A DNA stretch of 64,000 nucleotides from Malacoraja senta (lineage: Eukaryota). The position numbers and the translations under genes are program-made. The stretch spans positions 15,998,001 through 16,062,000 of the forward strand of contig CM075989.1 in assembly GCA_038087875.1 (NCBI GenBank), given 5' to 3'. The notes under the pieces were generated by a model. The model saw only the letters and a program-made list of their open reading frames with translations, did not search any database and was not told where the DNA came from. Each line of letters opens with the position of its first letter. The stretch's first letter is position 1. Below are positions 11,570 to 22,240 of this stretch, piece by piece.

Positions 11570-12260
11570 CCTAGCCCAGTGTGACCTACTCCAGTGTGAA
11601 TCTGTGTGATCCAGTGTGGCCCAATCCAGTGTGAGCAGCTCAGTGTGACCCAGTGTTGACTCACAGTGCTGGAGTAACTCAATGGGTCAGGCAGCATCTC
11701 TGGAGAACATGGATAGGTGACGTTTCAGGTCAGGACCCTTCTTCAGACTGACTGTGTGGGGCGGGTGAGAAAGCTTGTAGCTAGGAGGGGCAGGACAAAG
11801 TGTGGCAGGTAACAGGTGGGCACTGGCGAGGGGGTTCTTTGATAGGCAGATGTTGGAACTGCTCAAACTGCTCCACAACATGACCCAGTGAGGCCCAGTG
11901 TAATGCAGCATGGCAAAGTGTGGCCAGGGTCAGTGTGACCCAGTGTAACACAGTGTGGCCCGGGTCAGTGTGACCCAGTGTAACACAGTGTGGCCCGGGT
12001 CAGTGTGACCCAGTGTAACACAGTGTGGCCCAGGTCAGTGTGACCCATTGTGAATCAGTGTAACACAGTGTGACCCAGGTCCGTGTGACCCAGATCAGTG
12101 TGGCCTTGTGTGATCCAGTGCAACACAGCATGGCAAAGTGTGCCCGGGTCAGTGTGACGCAGTGTGGCCCAGGTCAGTGTAATCCATGGTGACCCAGATC
12201 AGTGTGACCCAGTGTAATGTGGTGTGACCCAGTGTAACCCAGGTCAGTGTGACCCAGCTC
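11570..12260. repeat. Degenerate minisatellite (cagtgtgacc 10-mer, 35-bp higher-order unit) interrupted by a Penelope remnant at about 11660-11870
   Basis: Repeated cagtgtgacc/cagtgtaaca/cagtgtggcc units. Three near-identical 35-mers at 11931-12035. Confidence 0.85.
11716..11750 (-). ncRNA. Minimal type I hammerhead ribozyme motif (Penelope-associated), one of the best-preserved copies
   Basis: Minus strand reads cagt-CTGAAGA-A-GGGTC-CT-GACCT-GAAAC-GTC-acc: both core strands, stem II and a GUC cleavage triplet. Confidence 0.6.
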
Positions 12261-12799
12261 CCCAAACCGAGCCCAGGTGAGCTCAACCATACCCATCAGT
12301 TTCAGGTCAGGTATCAAATGATGTTGCCTCAGGTTCGAGCTGGAGTTCCGAGTTTCTACGTGGCCAGCTGGTTTGGATCAGGCCAAGTTTGGTATTTGGT
12401 GATTTAATTTTAAACTCGCAATGTTCATCCAGAGTGGGCAACGCTGCCCCACAAGCCGTCTCTGACGGAGGAGAGAGAGCTACTCATAAGGCCAGCTGTT
12501 CTTCCACATCTGTGGGCACATTGGCTTTGGGGACATTTTTTTTAAATTTCAAAATATTCAAGTAAATAAAATTTTACAATACAGGAATCGTGCAAACAAA
12601 CTTCCTCCGACATTCTCGGAGGCTATACAAACATTCAATACGTTTCACACAAATGACATGGGCTTGAGTTGAAGTGAGTGGCTCACGCAGGCTTGTGAAC
12701 ATCGCTGGGTGGTTGCTGCCCTTTATTGAAACAGTCTGGGATATCGCAACCACTGCGAGCATATCCCCGAGACTTTCCCCTTGGCAAGTTCCACTGCTG

Positions 12800-12925
12800 C
12801 TTTGTTTACTATCTCGCTGCCCTGGTAACATGGCATAAGCTGAGCTCCACCTACGAAGAAGACTGCAGCCAGCAGAAACATGTTTACCACCCCGGACAAT
12901 CGCATTAACCGCAGCCTAGCAACCA
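12800..12925 (+). promoter_or_regulatory. Candidate RFX/forkhead promoter of the 110-aa gene
   Basis: TGTTTAC at 12803-12809 and 12881-12887. X-box GCTGCCCTGGTAAC at 12816-12829. X-box half-site CCTAGCAAC at 12915-12923. Splice donors CAA|GTAAGT (13089/13090) and CAG|GTGAGA (13207/13208) lie downstream. Confidence 0.45.
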
Positions 12926-13299
12926 GCCAAATCGCTTTGACTTGGTTACAATTGTTCAACACACACTTACTTTTCATCTCACTGTGATAGTCCCATGTTT
13001 TTTTTGTCTTGAGCCTGTTCTGCTTGCGGCTCTGGGTGTTGCAGTGAGAGCGCTGTAGGATAAATCAGTCAACGGGAGGGACCCAGCAAGTAAGTTGGCC
13101 TGCTGGACTCTTTAACTGGGAATTAAAGTCAGGAGATTGCACCAGACCCAACGGTAGCTCTTGGATCTAACCTAAAGCAGCTCCAATCAATTTAAAAGGC
13201 TGAGCAGGTGAGATAAAGTTTCTTTGCTTGTTATTCTATCATCAATGTTCATCAAAAACTGGCATAGCTCTAAACACATGAAAATCACTTCACTCATTC

Positions 13300-14180
13300 C
13301 TACCCACCCGATTCACCCCCTCCCCAGGTACTTTCCCCTGCAAGCTCAGGAGATACAACACCTGTCCCTATACCTCCTCCCTCGCCTTCATCCAGGGACT
13401 CCGACAGTCCCTCCAGCTGAGACACATTCACGTGCACCTCCTCTAAGCTCAGCTTTTGCATTCATGTTCTCAATGTGGCCTCCATCAGTGAGACCAAGCA
13501 TAGATTCAGCGACCATTTTACCTCGGACACATGTGCTCAGTCTGCCAAGGCCTCCTGGATGTCCTAGTTGCAAACCATTTTAACCCCCCTTCTCATTCCC
13601 ATCCTGACCTTTCTGTCCTGGGTCTACTCCATTGTCAGAGTGAGGCCACATGCAAACTGGAGGAACAGCACCTCATATTCCACTCGGGTTGCTTATAATC
13701 TAATGGTATGAACATTGAAAACTCCAATTTTAGATAACCTCCAATAACCCCCCTTTCTGCCCCTCCCCCTTTTCTCCATCCCCTCCCCCCCCCCCTCCTA
13801 CATTCCTCCCTCTGGCTTCACAATTTGCAACTCAGAGTCATAGAGTGATACAAGTGTGGAAACAGCCCCTTCGGACCAACTTGCCCACACCGGCAAACAT
13901 GTCCCAGCTGCACAACTCTTCCACCTGTCTGTCTCACACCTTCTACTCTAATCTCTGGCCTTTGTTCCAACCATCTGCCTCCCCCCACTTGCCTGTGTCC
14001 ACCTATCACATGCCACACTTTGTCCTCCCTCTCTTCTCTTCCAGCTCTCTCCCCCACACACACCTCCACCATAATAACCTGAAAAGTCACCTATCCACGT
14101 TCTCTAGAGATGCTGCCTGACCTGCTGAGTTACTCCAGCACCTTGTGTCCTTTCGTGTATTAACCAACAACTGTAGTTCT
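13300..14180 (+). mobile_element. Penelope-like retroelement 3' part (decayed GIY-YIG endonuclease plus terminal repeat)
   Basis: SPGTFPCKLRRYNTCPYTSS (13321) ... VANHFNPPSHSHPDLSVLGLLHCQSEATCKLEEQHLIF..GMNIENSNFR* (13561-13737), then the gatgctgcctgacctgctgagttactccagca tail. Lies in the predicted intron of the 110-aa gene. Confidence 0.85.
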
Positions 14181-14294
14181 TTGTTTCTTTATTACAGAGA
14201 GCCTTTCCAGGAAGACCCACACTGCTCCAAAAAAAAGAGATAAAGACTTGAAATGAATTTAACAGTAGCTTGATTTTACATTTTATCTGTCAGA

Positions 14295-14627
14295 ATGTCA
14301 AAGCAAGCCTGGGGTACAATTACTCCTGCTCCCTTCCCCCTTGGGTACCAGAGGATACCAGTCCTGCAGATGCAACAGGCAGTGGAACGCCTGCACAGCG
14401 GCAGAGGGCCGAGAGCGCCACGCAGTGGCTACCCGCAGCACATCAGGCAGGTTGAAGCAGAGTTTGCCCGAAGACACAAGTCCCTGGGGCCAGACGGCCT
14501 GAAGCAGCTTTTAGAGCGGCTGACCGACAAAGCGGCAGAGAAAGCCAGCGATCAATGTCGGGTGCAACAGGGGAAGCTCGGAGATATCGGCATCCTCAAT
14601 TCATATGCATGGAAAGGATGGAACTAA
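14295..14627 (+). CDS. Uncharacterised 110-aa protein, probable single coding exon
   Basis: ATG is one base after the acceptor ttttacattttatctgtcag|A (exon start 14294). The ORF is GC-rich against AT-rich flanks, is not a recognisable repeat, and has protein-like composition with two (V/L)ERL helical motifs. AATAAA at 14735-14740 and 14788-14793. Confidence 0.65.
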   Translation: MSKQAWGTITPAPFPLGYQRIPVLQMQQAVERLHSGRGPRAPRSGYPQHIRQVEAEFARRHKSLGPDGLKQLLERLTDKAAEKASDQCRVQQGKLGDIGILNSYAWKGWN

Positions 14628-15258
14628 GATATGGTTTGCAGAAGGATTTATTACTTTAAAATCGCTATCTATGAATTGCTTGAATTAGCTGCACATATCC
14701 CTATAGAGTGAAATAGGGGGAAATGTATAATTGCAATAAATTAGTCGAGCTATCAATATTCTGCGAATTTTAAAGAAATGTGAAATGAATAAATGTAGGA
14801 CTAACATTTGGATTTTGTCTTGACAACATCTGGTGATATTGCGCTTGCCAAAATTACTGGGCAAATATAAAATTACTTTTGACATGTACATGTACACAGA
14901 TAAAGATGAAATGTGTAGTTGGAGGTAGTTGCTATTCCACAGAGTGCTGCTGCTTTCATTTGCAAGAAGTGCTGTACTGAAGTCACAACAAAAACATGAA
15001 CATACCTGCAGAACATACTGTACCCACATTCGGGTATATTGAACATTTAATGGGACCATAATTCCTATTGAACAACCTCTTTGAACAGTTCAAGTTACTT
15101 CATGTTCATGTGAAATGAGTAGAATTAGGCCATTCGGCCCATCAAGATCCCTTCAATCATGGATGATCTATCTCTCCCTTCTAAACCCATTCTCCTGCCT
15201 TTCCCCCCATAACCCCAGAGCATCCGCTCTGTCTCATTCTGTTCCTGACCTTGCCCCT

Positions 15259-15272
15259 GTCTCCATGGCAAC
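15259..15272. promoter_or_regulatory. RFX X-box
   Basis: GTCTCCATGGCAAC, a close match to the GTTGCCATGGCAAC consensus. Confidence 0.35.
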
Positions 15273-16289
15273 CATGAGCATGAAGCTTGTGGGTTCAATT
15301 CCCACCTCAGACATTTAAGCCCAACCTCAAGTCCGACACACTAGGGTAATACTGAGGGAGTGTAACACTATTGGAGGTGAGGAGCCATTAAGCTGCTGTG
15401 CCAGATTGACGTAAGACATTTCATGGCACTTCTGCATGGAGCATGAAGGCTATTCCACAGCAACCTGGTCAGTATCCATCCCTCATTATAAGCAGAGAAG
15501 CATTGAAGTTGGCACAATGTTCGGGATAGTCATTGTGGGCCAGAAGGACTCTTCCTGTGTTGTTCTGTTCTATAAGTTCATAAGTTATAGGAGCAGAATT
15601 AGGCCATTTGGTCCATCAAGTCTACTCCACCATTCAATCATTGATGATCTACTGTTCCCTCTCAACCCCATTCTCCTGCCTTCTCCCCATTACCGCTGAC
15701 ACTCGTACGAATCAATAATCTATCTATCTCTGCCTTTAAAATATCCATTGGCTTGGCTTCCACAGCCTTCTGTCAATAATGTTTTTCCTCACCTCAAAAT
15801 TAGTGATGCAGACATTTTTTTAAAATTTGTATAATTTTTAACCTTTACTTTTGGACTGTTTTTTTTCCATTTCTTAATCCCATATTATTTCAATGTCTTT
15901 GTTTTACTGAAGACAGTCTGAAGGATCTCAGCCTGAAATATCGTTTGTCTAATTCCTCCAGAGATGCTGCCTTGTGTTTAGAAGGATGAGGGGACACCTC
16001 ATTAAAATTCACCAAATAGTGAAAATAATTCAAAATATCCATTGACCTGGCCTCCACGGCTATCTGTGGCACTATGTTCACTTAATATCACTGTGAATAG
16101 ATTATCTGGTCATTTTCACATCATTATTGGTGGGACTTTGCTGTGGTCTATTGCTTACCCTGTTTCCTATAACACTTAATGCACTCGAAAACATCTCACC
16201 AACCACAGAGCACTTGAAGCCTTGAAAAATGATATGTAAATGCAAGTGCCTTGTTTTCCTCCATTTTGTTTAAAGTGCCTGGCGCTATC

Positions 16290-17110
16290 TATTGTATTGT
16301 ATATCTTTATTGTCATTTCCTGAGTATTCGCATACCCAGAGGAAACAAAAAAACGTTCCTCAACCAGTGTCCATTTCAGTGTGCAGTAAAAAATAAATAG
16401 AAGTAAAAATACATATATCATGAACAAATTAACACTCTACTCTAATAAACATCAACAGGCGTTCCAATCGGCAGCGGCACGACAGTGGCTCTGCGGCAGT
16501 GTGTCCAGGTTGGTGGTTGGTGCACGATACTTTGGCAGGGGACAAAGTCCGTTTATCAGTCTTATAACCTGCGGGAAGAAGCTGAGGAGCATCCTGCTGG
16601 TTTTGCAACTAATGCTCCGGTACCTCTTCCCAGATGGCAGGATGGAGAATATGTGATGCGATGGGTGGTAGGGGTCTTTGATGATGGAGATGGCTCTGCT
16701 GATACATCTCTTCCTGTATATGTCCAGCAGGAAAGGGAGTGGAGCACCAATAATCCTGCTGGCGGTCTTCACAATCCTGTCTAGTTGGTGCCGTTCGTAC
16801 ACCTTGCAGCTCCCGAACCAGGAAGTGATGCCGTAGGTTAATGTGCTCTCGATTGTCCCCCTATAAAAAGTTCGTAGGTGTGTAGTGGGGAGACCTGCTT
16901 TACGTAGTCTTCGGAGAGGGTGTAGTCGCTGCTGGGCTCTCTTGACCAGTGCTGTGGTGTTGGTCGTGGACGTCAGGTCATCTGACAGGTGGAGTCCTAG
17001 GAACTTCACGCTGTTGACCCTTTCCACATCAGCTCCATCGATGTGCAGAGGTGTATGGTGTTGTTTTCCCGCCCTCCTGAAGTCAACCACCATCTCCTTA
17101 GTTTTTCTAT
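16290..17110 (-). mobile_element. Rex1/Babar-clade LINE 3' fragment
   Basis: KTKEMVVDFRR...VERVNSVKFLGLHLSDDL...KRAQQRLHPLRRLRK...IIKDPYHPSHHIFSILPSGKRYRSI, with a (caata)n tail. Confidence 0.85.
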
Positions 17111-17722
17111 CAGCCTGTGCTTGGAACTGCTTAGTTAATTGTGGGCTGTGAACCCCCAAACTTTATTGCATTTCCCATTTTAAAAGTAGCTTTGGAAATG
17201 AATTTGAAGAGGGCGGTGTAGCATGTTGCCTGGAACCCTGTGCAGTGCAACATGTGGTGTGAGGGAGGGTAATGCAGGGCAGTCAAGGGCAAGTAAGTGT
17301 CTGAATAAGGGATCACTTGCAAATGGGAGTCTAATTTATGACACGTAATTATACCATGGAAAATGTTTCCTGCCATGAATAATATTGTAAGGATAGAAAT
17401 TAGATTACTACGGCCCTGTTAATACGGTCAGTGATTGGTGATGCTGGTGATTTTGCTTTGAATGATCATCTTCAGCAGAAGCTTTGTCAACTTTCTGCAG
17501 CCGTTACTAGAGGTGTGGTGCACAATGATAGTGCAGGGCTCATTGTAACCTCTGCAAACTAGGAGATTAGACAAAGGCAATGCCATTGGCGACGAAACGT
17601 GGCTAAACACGAAATGCAAAACTACCTATAATCACGCAACTCCGTGAGGGGGGGAAGTCAAATCCCAACCAGTGGCTGCCCTCAGAAATAAGCAGGGAAA
17701 GATAAGTCAGGATTGAGACTAT

Positions 17723-17967
17723 AGGGCCTGTCCCACTTGGGCGTCATTTGCGCATCATTTACGCGACATAATTTATGCGTCACGCGCCCGACGCGCGCGT
17801 TGTGACGCGCACGTGATGCGCGCATGGTGCGCATTACGCGCGCATCGGGCGTGGTGACGTAGGCAGTGACGCGCGGTTGCGTGCGGCGCCCCAGGATTTT
17901 GGGATGTACAAAATCTTCGCGCGCCATCTGCGTGACGAGCAAATGACGCCCAAGTGGGACAGGCCCT
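17723..17967. mobile_element. Palindromic CpG-rich MITE (possibly PIF/Harbinger type)
   Basis: TIRs agggcctgtcccacttgggcgtcatttgc / gcaaatgacgcccaagtgggacaggccct (29 bp, perfect). Confidence 0.85.
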
Positions 17968-18459
17968 TTAGTCTTCATTAGCTGAACACAGAATGACGCT
18001 CTCTCTATCAGTATTCACTCAGCTTTCAATGATTAGACCACAAGACTGGAAGAGTTCCTTCTGCCAACAGCAGCATTTGCAAATGATTAACGTCAGGAAG
18101 AGATCTTTGGGATTTTTCCAAGTGAATGCGCAAGGAGCCTCCTACCTTCCAATACTCCGCTTCCAAAGCAGACAGTTACTCCTGATCCTAGAGTTAGATA
18201 TGTCCTACACATGGACGGTGAGAGGGAATGCCCCAAAATAAGGAGCCCCAATTGTTACCTTACCTTACATTACCTGCACTGATGGTAACTTCAGCCAGTT
18301 CCTTCCAGAGCAGGCCCTCTACCCATTATCTCATTATCCATCCTGTTGGTCATGGAAACTGCTCTCGACCTGCATCCCCCACACCTGTACCTGAAGTTTA
18401 ACCAAGGGCAACCAGTGCACATCTGTAAGATCTAGTTATCAGAATGGTTTGAGGAGATT

Positions 18460-18757
18460 TAGTTTAGTTTAGTTTAGTTTAGACAGAGGCCCTATGGCCC
18501 ACTGAGTCTGTGCTGACCAGCGATCACCCCCATAGATGAAGACTGCCCAACACACTTGTGACAATTTACAATTTTTACCAAATTCAATTAACCTACACAC
18601 CTGCAAGTCTTTGCAATGTAGGAGGAAACCAGAGCACCCGGAGAAAACCCATACGGTCACAAGGAGAACGTACAAACACAGACAGCACCCATAGTTAAGA
18701 TCGAACCCTGGTCTCTGTCACTGTAAGGCAGCAACTCTACCGCTGCGCCACTCTGCC
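18460..18757 (-). mobile_element. HE1-like V-SINE
   Basis: (tttag)n tail and SINE consensus in reverse orientation. Confidence 0.85.
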
Positions 18758-18938
18758 TCTCTAAATAGATCACAAGGTAGGATACATTTGAAATAGTCCC
18801 TGTGAATTTTAGCAAAGGGTCCGAAAAAGTTCCACACTAGTAGATTGATGAGGAATGTAAACAGGTGGTGGGCTCCAAGGTAAAGCAGCACATGGGGGTA
18901 AAAGTCCAGCTGAGCTACTCCAGTACACTGTGTACGAT

Positions 18939-19050
18939 CAGTCTGAAGAAGGGTCCCAACCGGAAACGTCGCCTATCCATGTTCTCCATAGATACTTCCT
19001 GACCCGCTGAGCTAACTCCAGCATTCTGTGTCTTCTTTCACGTTGGGTTA
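18939..19050 (+). mobile_element. Penelope terminal-repeat fragment with hammerhead motif
   Basis: cagt-CTGAAGA-agggtcccaaccg-GAAAC-GTC (18943-18970) plus the family tail. Confidence 0.7.
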
Positions 19051-19824
19051 AAACTTGGCGATAGAAGGAGAGAGGTAAATTGACCACGAGTGCCGGTGAA
19101 TGAAAGGCTGCAGGCAATGGCGTTCCACACTTGCAGAGTGCTTTGGATTTAGTCTCATTGGTAGGGATCATGATTCTGAAGTTTGTGGAATGGTGCCAAG
19201 GGTGATGGGACAGGAGACAGTGGCGACAGACTGCCGACAGTGCTGAACATTAACACGGGACAAGTCAGGGCAAGTCACAAAATGCTGGAGTAACTCAGCA
19301 GGTCGGGCAGTATCCCTGGAGAACATGAATAGGTGACATTTTGGGTCGGAACCCTTCTTCAGGGTCCGCTTCAGGGATGCTTCCTGACCCACCAAGTTAC
19401 TCCAGCAATTTGTGTCTTTCCCTGGTAAACGAGCATCCGCGGTTCCTTGTTTCTACAAGTTAGGAGAAGTATGAGGGCAGATAAGGCAAGGGAACATGTG
19501 ATAGATAGGATACAATACAAGGAAGAGAGGGATTCCTGAGGTACATGTACACTAATCCTTGAGCATAGTAGCATGGTGGACATGTTGGTTCAGAGAATAT
19601 TTTATTGGCTGGGCCGTGGAACATAAGAGAAGAAAGATGAGGAGAATAGAGATCAGTAACAGGGAGGGGGGAAGTTCAGGCTTCAGCTTCCTGAAATCCA
19701 AGGATGTAATGAGGAGGTAGATCTAATGCACCCGGCAATGCATCAAATCCTCCTCCTTGTTCAATAGGTAGGTAAATATATCACTTATCTGCAGTTGTCC
19801 AGTCTAGCGTTGCGCTGGTTTGAT

Positions 19825-20375
19825 TTAGTTTAGTTTAGTTTACTGTCACGTGTACCAAGGTCCAGTCAATATATTTTTGTTGCGTGCTATCCAGTGAGCG
19901 GGAAGGCTAAACATGATTACAATCGAGCCTTCCACAGTGTACAGATACAGGATAACGGGAATAATGTATAGTGCAAGATAAAGTCTAATTAAAGATAGAT
20001 TGAGGGTCTCCAATGAGGTAGATGGTAGCTCAGGACTGCTTTCCAGTTGTTGATAGGATAGTTCCGTTTTTAAGAAGGAACTGCAGATGCTGGAAAATTG
20101 AAGGTAGACAAAAGTGCTGGAGAAACTCAGCGGGTGCAGCAGCATCTATGGAGCGAAGGAAATTGCCTAGTTCAGTTGCCTGATAAAAGCCGGGAAGAAA
20201 CTGTCCCTGAATCTAGAGCTATGCATTTTCACATTTCTGACCCTCTTTTGCCTGATGCGAGGGGGAAGATGAGGGAGTGACCGGGATGAGACGTGCCCTT
20301 GGTTATGCTGGTGACCTTGCCGAGGCATTGTAAAATGTAGATGGAGTCAATGGAAGGAAGGTTGGTATTTGCAAA
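19825..20375 (-). mobile_element. Rex/Babar-like LINE 3' fragment with nested Penelope-derived arm (about 20068-20165)
   Basis: gggaagaaactgtccctgaatct..cttttgcctgatg resembles the 3' region of the 16290-17110 element. Confidence 0.55.
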
Positions 20376-21121
20376 GGTCTGATCTGTGTTTACAATTCCC
20401 CGTCTCACAGTAATAGCCAGCTACATGTATTTCCAGTGCTACTGAAGACCTACACAGTGAACATGTACATGCGGACGGCCCAGTTTCCAAATCCACCCCT
20501 TGGTTGTGAGGGTGACGCATGCAAGAAGCGCCTGCGTGAATGGAGCACAATGACCTTAGAATGGTGATCGTTGTTGGGAACATTTAATTTCAAACACAGA
20601 GAGCTGGGAGGAACAGTTTTGTGTAAATTAAATTTCCAGGCGATGGCGTTGGGCCGAGGACCAGTTGTGTCTCTGTTGGTACTGACACCTTTCTCCAGAA
20701 CCCAAGGAATGAGCAGCAATATCACCGTTACAGGGGAAAGGCTGTGAATTGAGTCTATCTTAAACCACAGACGCTGCCTGGCCAGCTGGGTAACACTTGC
20801 CGTCTCCGATTTTATTTCAGCCATCCGGCATCTGCAGTTTTTGTATTTTTTGGACCACAACCCTGTTGAGCAAAGAGCAATCAGAACAGCCTCCTCGTTA
20901 CTAAGGGTCAGTGAGATTGCTGGCAAGTAGCACGGTGGCTGTGTACTTCCTCAGACCCCGCCCTAGCACCCTCTCCCCTCATCCTGCCCCTGAACTGGTC
21001 AGATCATTAATACCTGCCGTGCAGTTATCACTTTGTGCATTGACAACTTCTAGTTTTCATTAATATTCTGCAGCTTTAAGGTTTATTGCACTCATAAGAC
21101 CACTGCTTTGTTACCTCTCTG

Positions 21122-21187
21122 GTTGCTAAGCAACGGGAGCTCACTGGAGGTGGGTTTTTTGTCAGCTATTGTTTGTCGCTATGGCAC
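21122..21187. promoter_or_regulatory. RFX X-box pair
   Basis: Palindromic GTTGCTAAGCAAC at 21122-21134 and GTCGCTATGGCAC at 21175-21187, in unique sequence. A GC box CCCCGCCC lies near 20956. Confidence 0.35.
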
Positions 21188-21644
21188 TAACTACATATTT
21201 TCTTTCAAAATTAATCCTTGAGGACCTCCCCACAGCAGTTGTTGTACTTTATTCTAACAGATACTGATGAACAGAGGCATTGGACACATCCCTCCATACT
21301 CTACTCTATATTAACCAACAAATCACATCGTCGAGAACAATTGTTTTAAATAATGGAACAGTAGAATCACGTGCAGATGTTCCAGGGGTTTCCTGTCTCA
21401 CAAAACTTACAGATGATTTTTAAATGGTTTTAGAGCATGCAACAACATTTAAACACTTATCAGCTTATATTTAATGTTTTAGCTGCATCCAATTGTCCCA
21501 AATGGCAAAAAATGTTTATTTAATCAAGTTGGTTCAGGGGCAAGGCAACATCTTTCCATTTCCAGAATGATTACACTACGTTGCATTAAGGCTAGGGACG
21601 TAATCCACTTACTCTACTTGTTTTGCATTAGATTGAGGTTAGAC

Positions 21645-22240
21645 CAGTCTGAAGAAGGGTTCCTGACCCGAAACATCGCCTGTCCATTCCCTCCACAGAT
21701 GCTGCCTGACCTGTTGAGTTCCTCCAGCGCGTTGTGCTTTACGTTAGTTTAAAGCTGCTGGGTTCTGAATAGAGACAACCAAACATTAGAAACCGTCAAG
21801 TACACAAAGTGCTGGAGTAACTCAGTAGGTCAGGCTGCATGCCTGGAGAACATGGACAGGTGAGCTTTAGGGTTGAGACCCTTCTTCAGACTGATTGTTA
21901 ATTCAGATTTTCTTCCAATGTTCCTTGATGAGAACTCCACAGTCAGGCCATATGGATCATTCCATGGCTTTGTTAGTCAGTGTCCATGACAATGGACACA
22001 GCGGCCAAAGGGTGTAAAGTTAGGGCCTTTCCATGGACTTTGACTCCTTTTGGCTAAGCAGTTGCTTCTTTTGCCTACTTCGTTTCAGTAGGAGGTGGTA
22101 ACACTAGTGGGGTCTTTGTCTTCCCTGGAAATCTCACACTAGGCCTTGCAGATAGTCTAAAGAAGGGTCCCAACCCAAAACATCACCTGTCCATGTTCTC
22201 TAGAGATGCTGCCTGACCCGCTGCGTTACTCCAGCACTTC
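21645..22240. mobile_element. Three Penelope terminal-repeat fragments (about 21645+, 21800-21895 minus, 22155+)
   Basis: Each carries a variant of ctgaagaagggt..acccgaaac..tcacc and the gatgctgcctgacc tail. Confidence 0.7.

Noticed and set aside
11931..12260. Regularly spaced repeats resembling a CRISPR array
   Set aside because: Tandem degenerate units without unique spacers, in vertebrate DNA with no cas genes.
20437..20568. Short open frame after ttccag (LLKTYTVNMYMRTAQFP...)
   Set aside because: Too short, not recognisable, and open in several frames.
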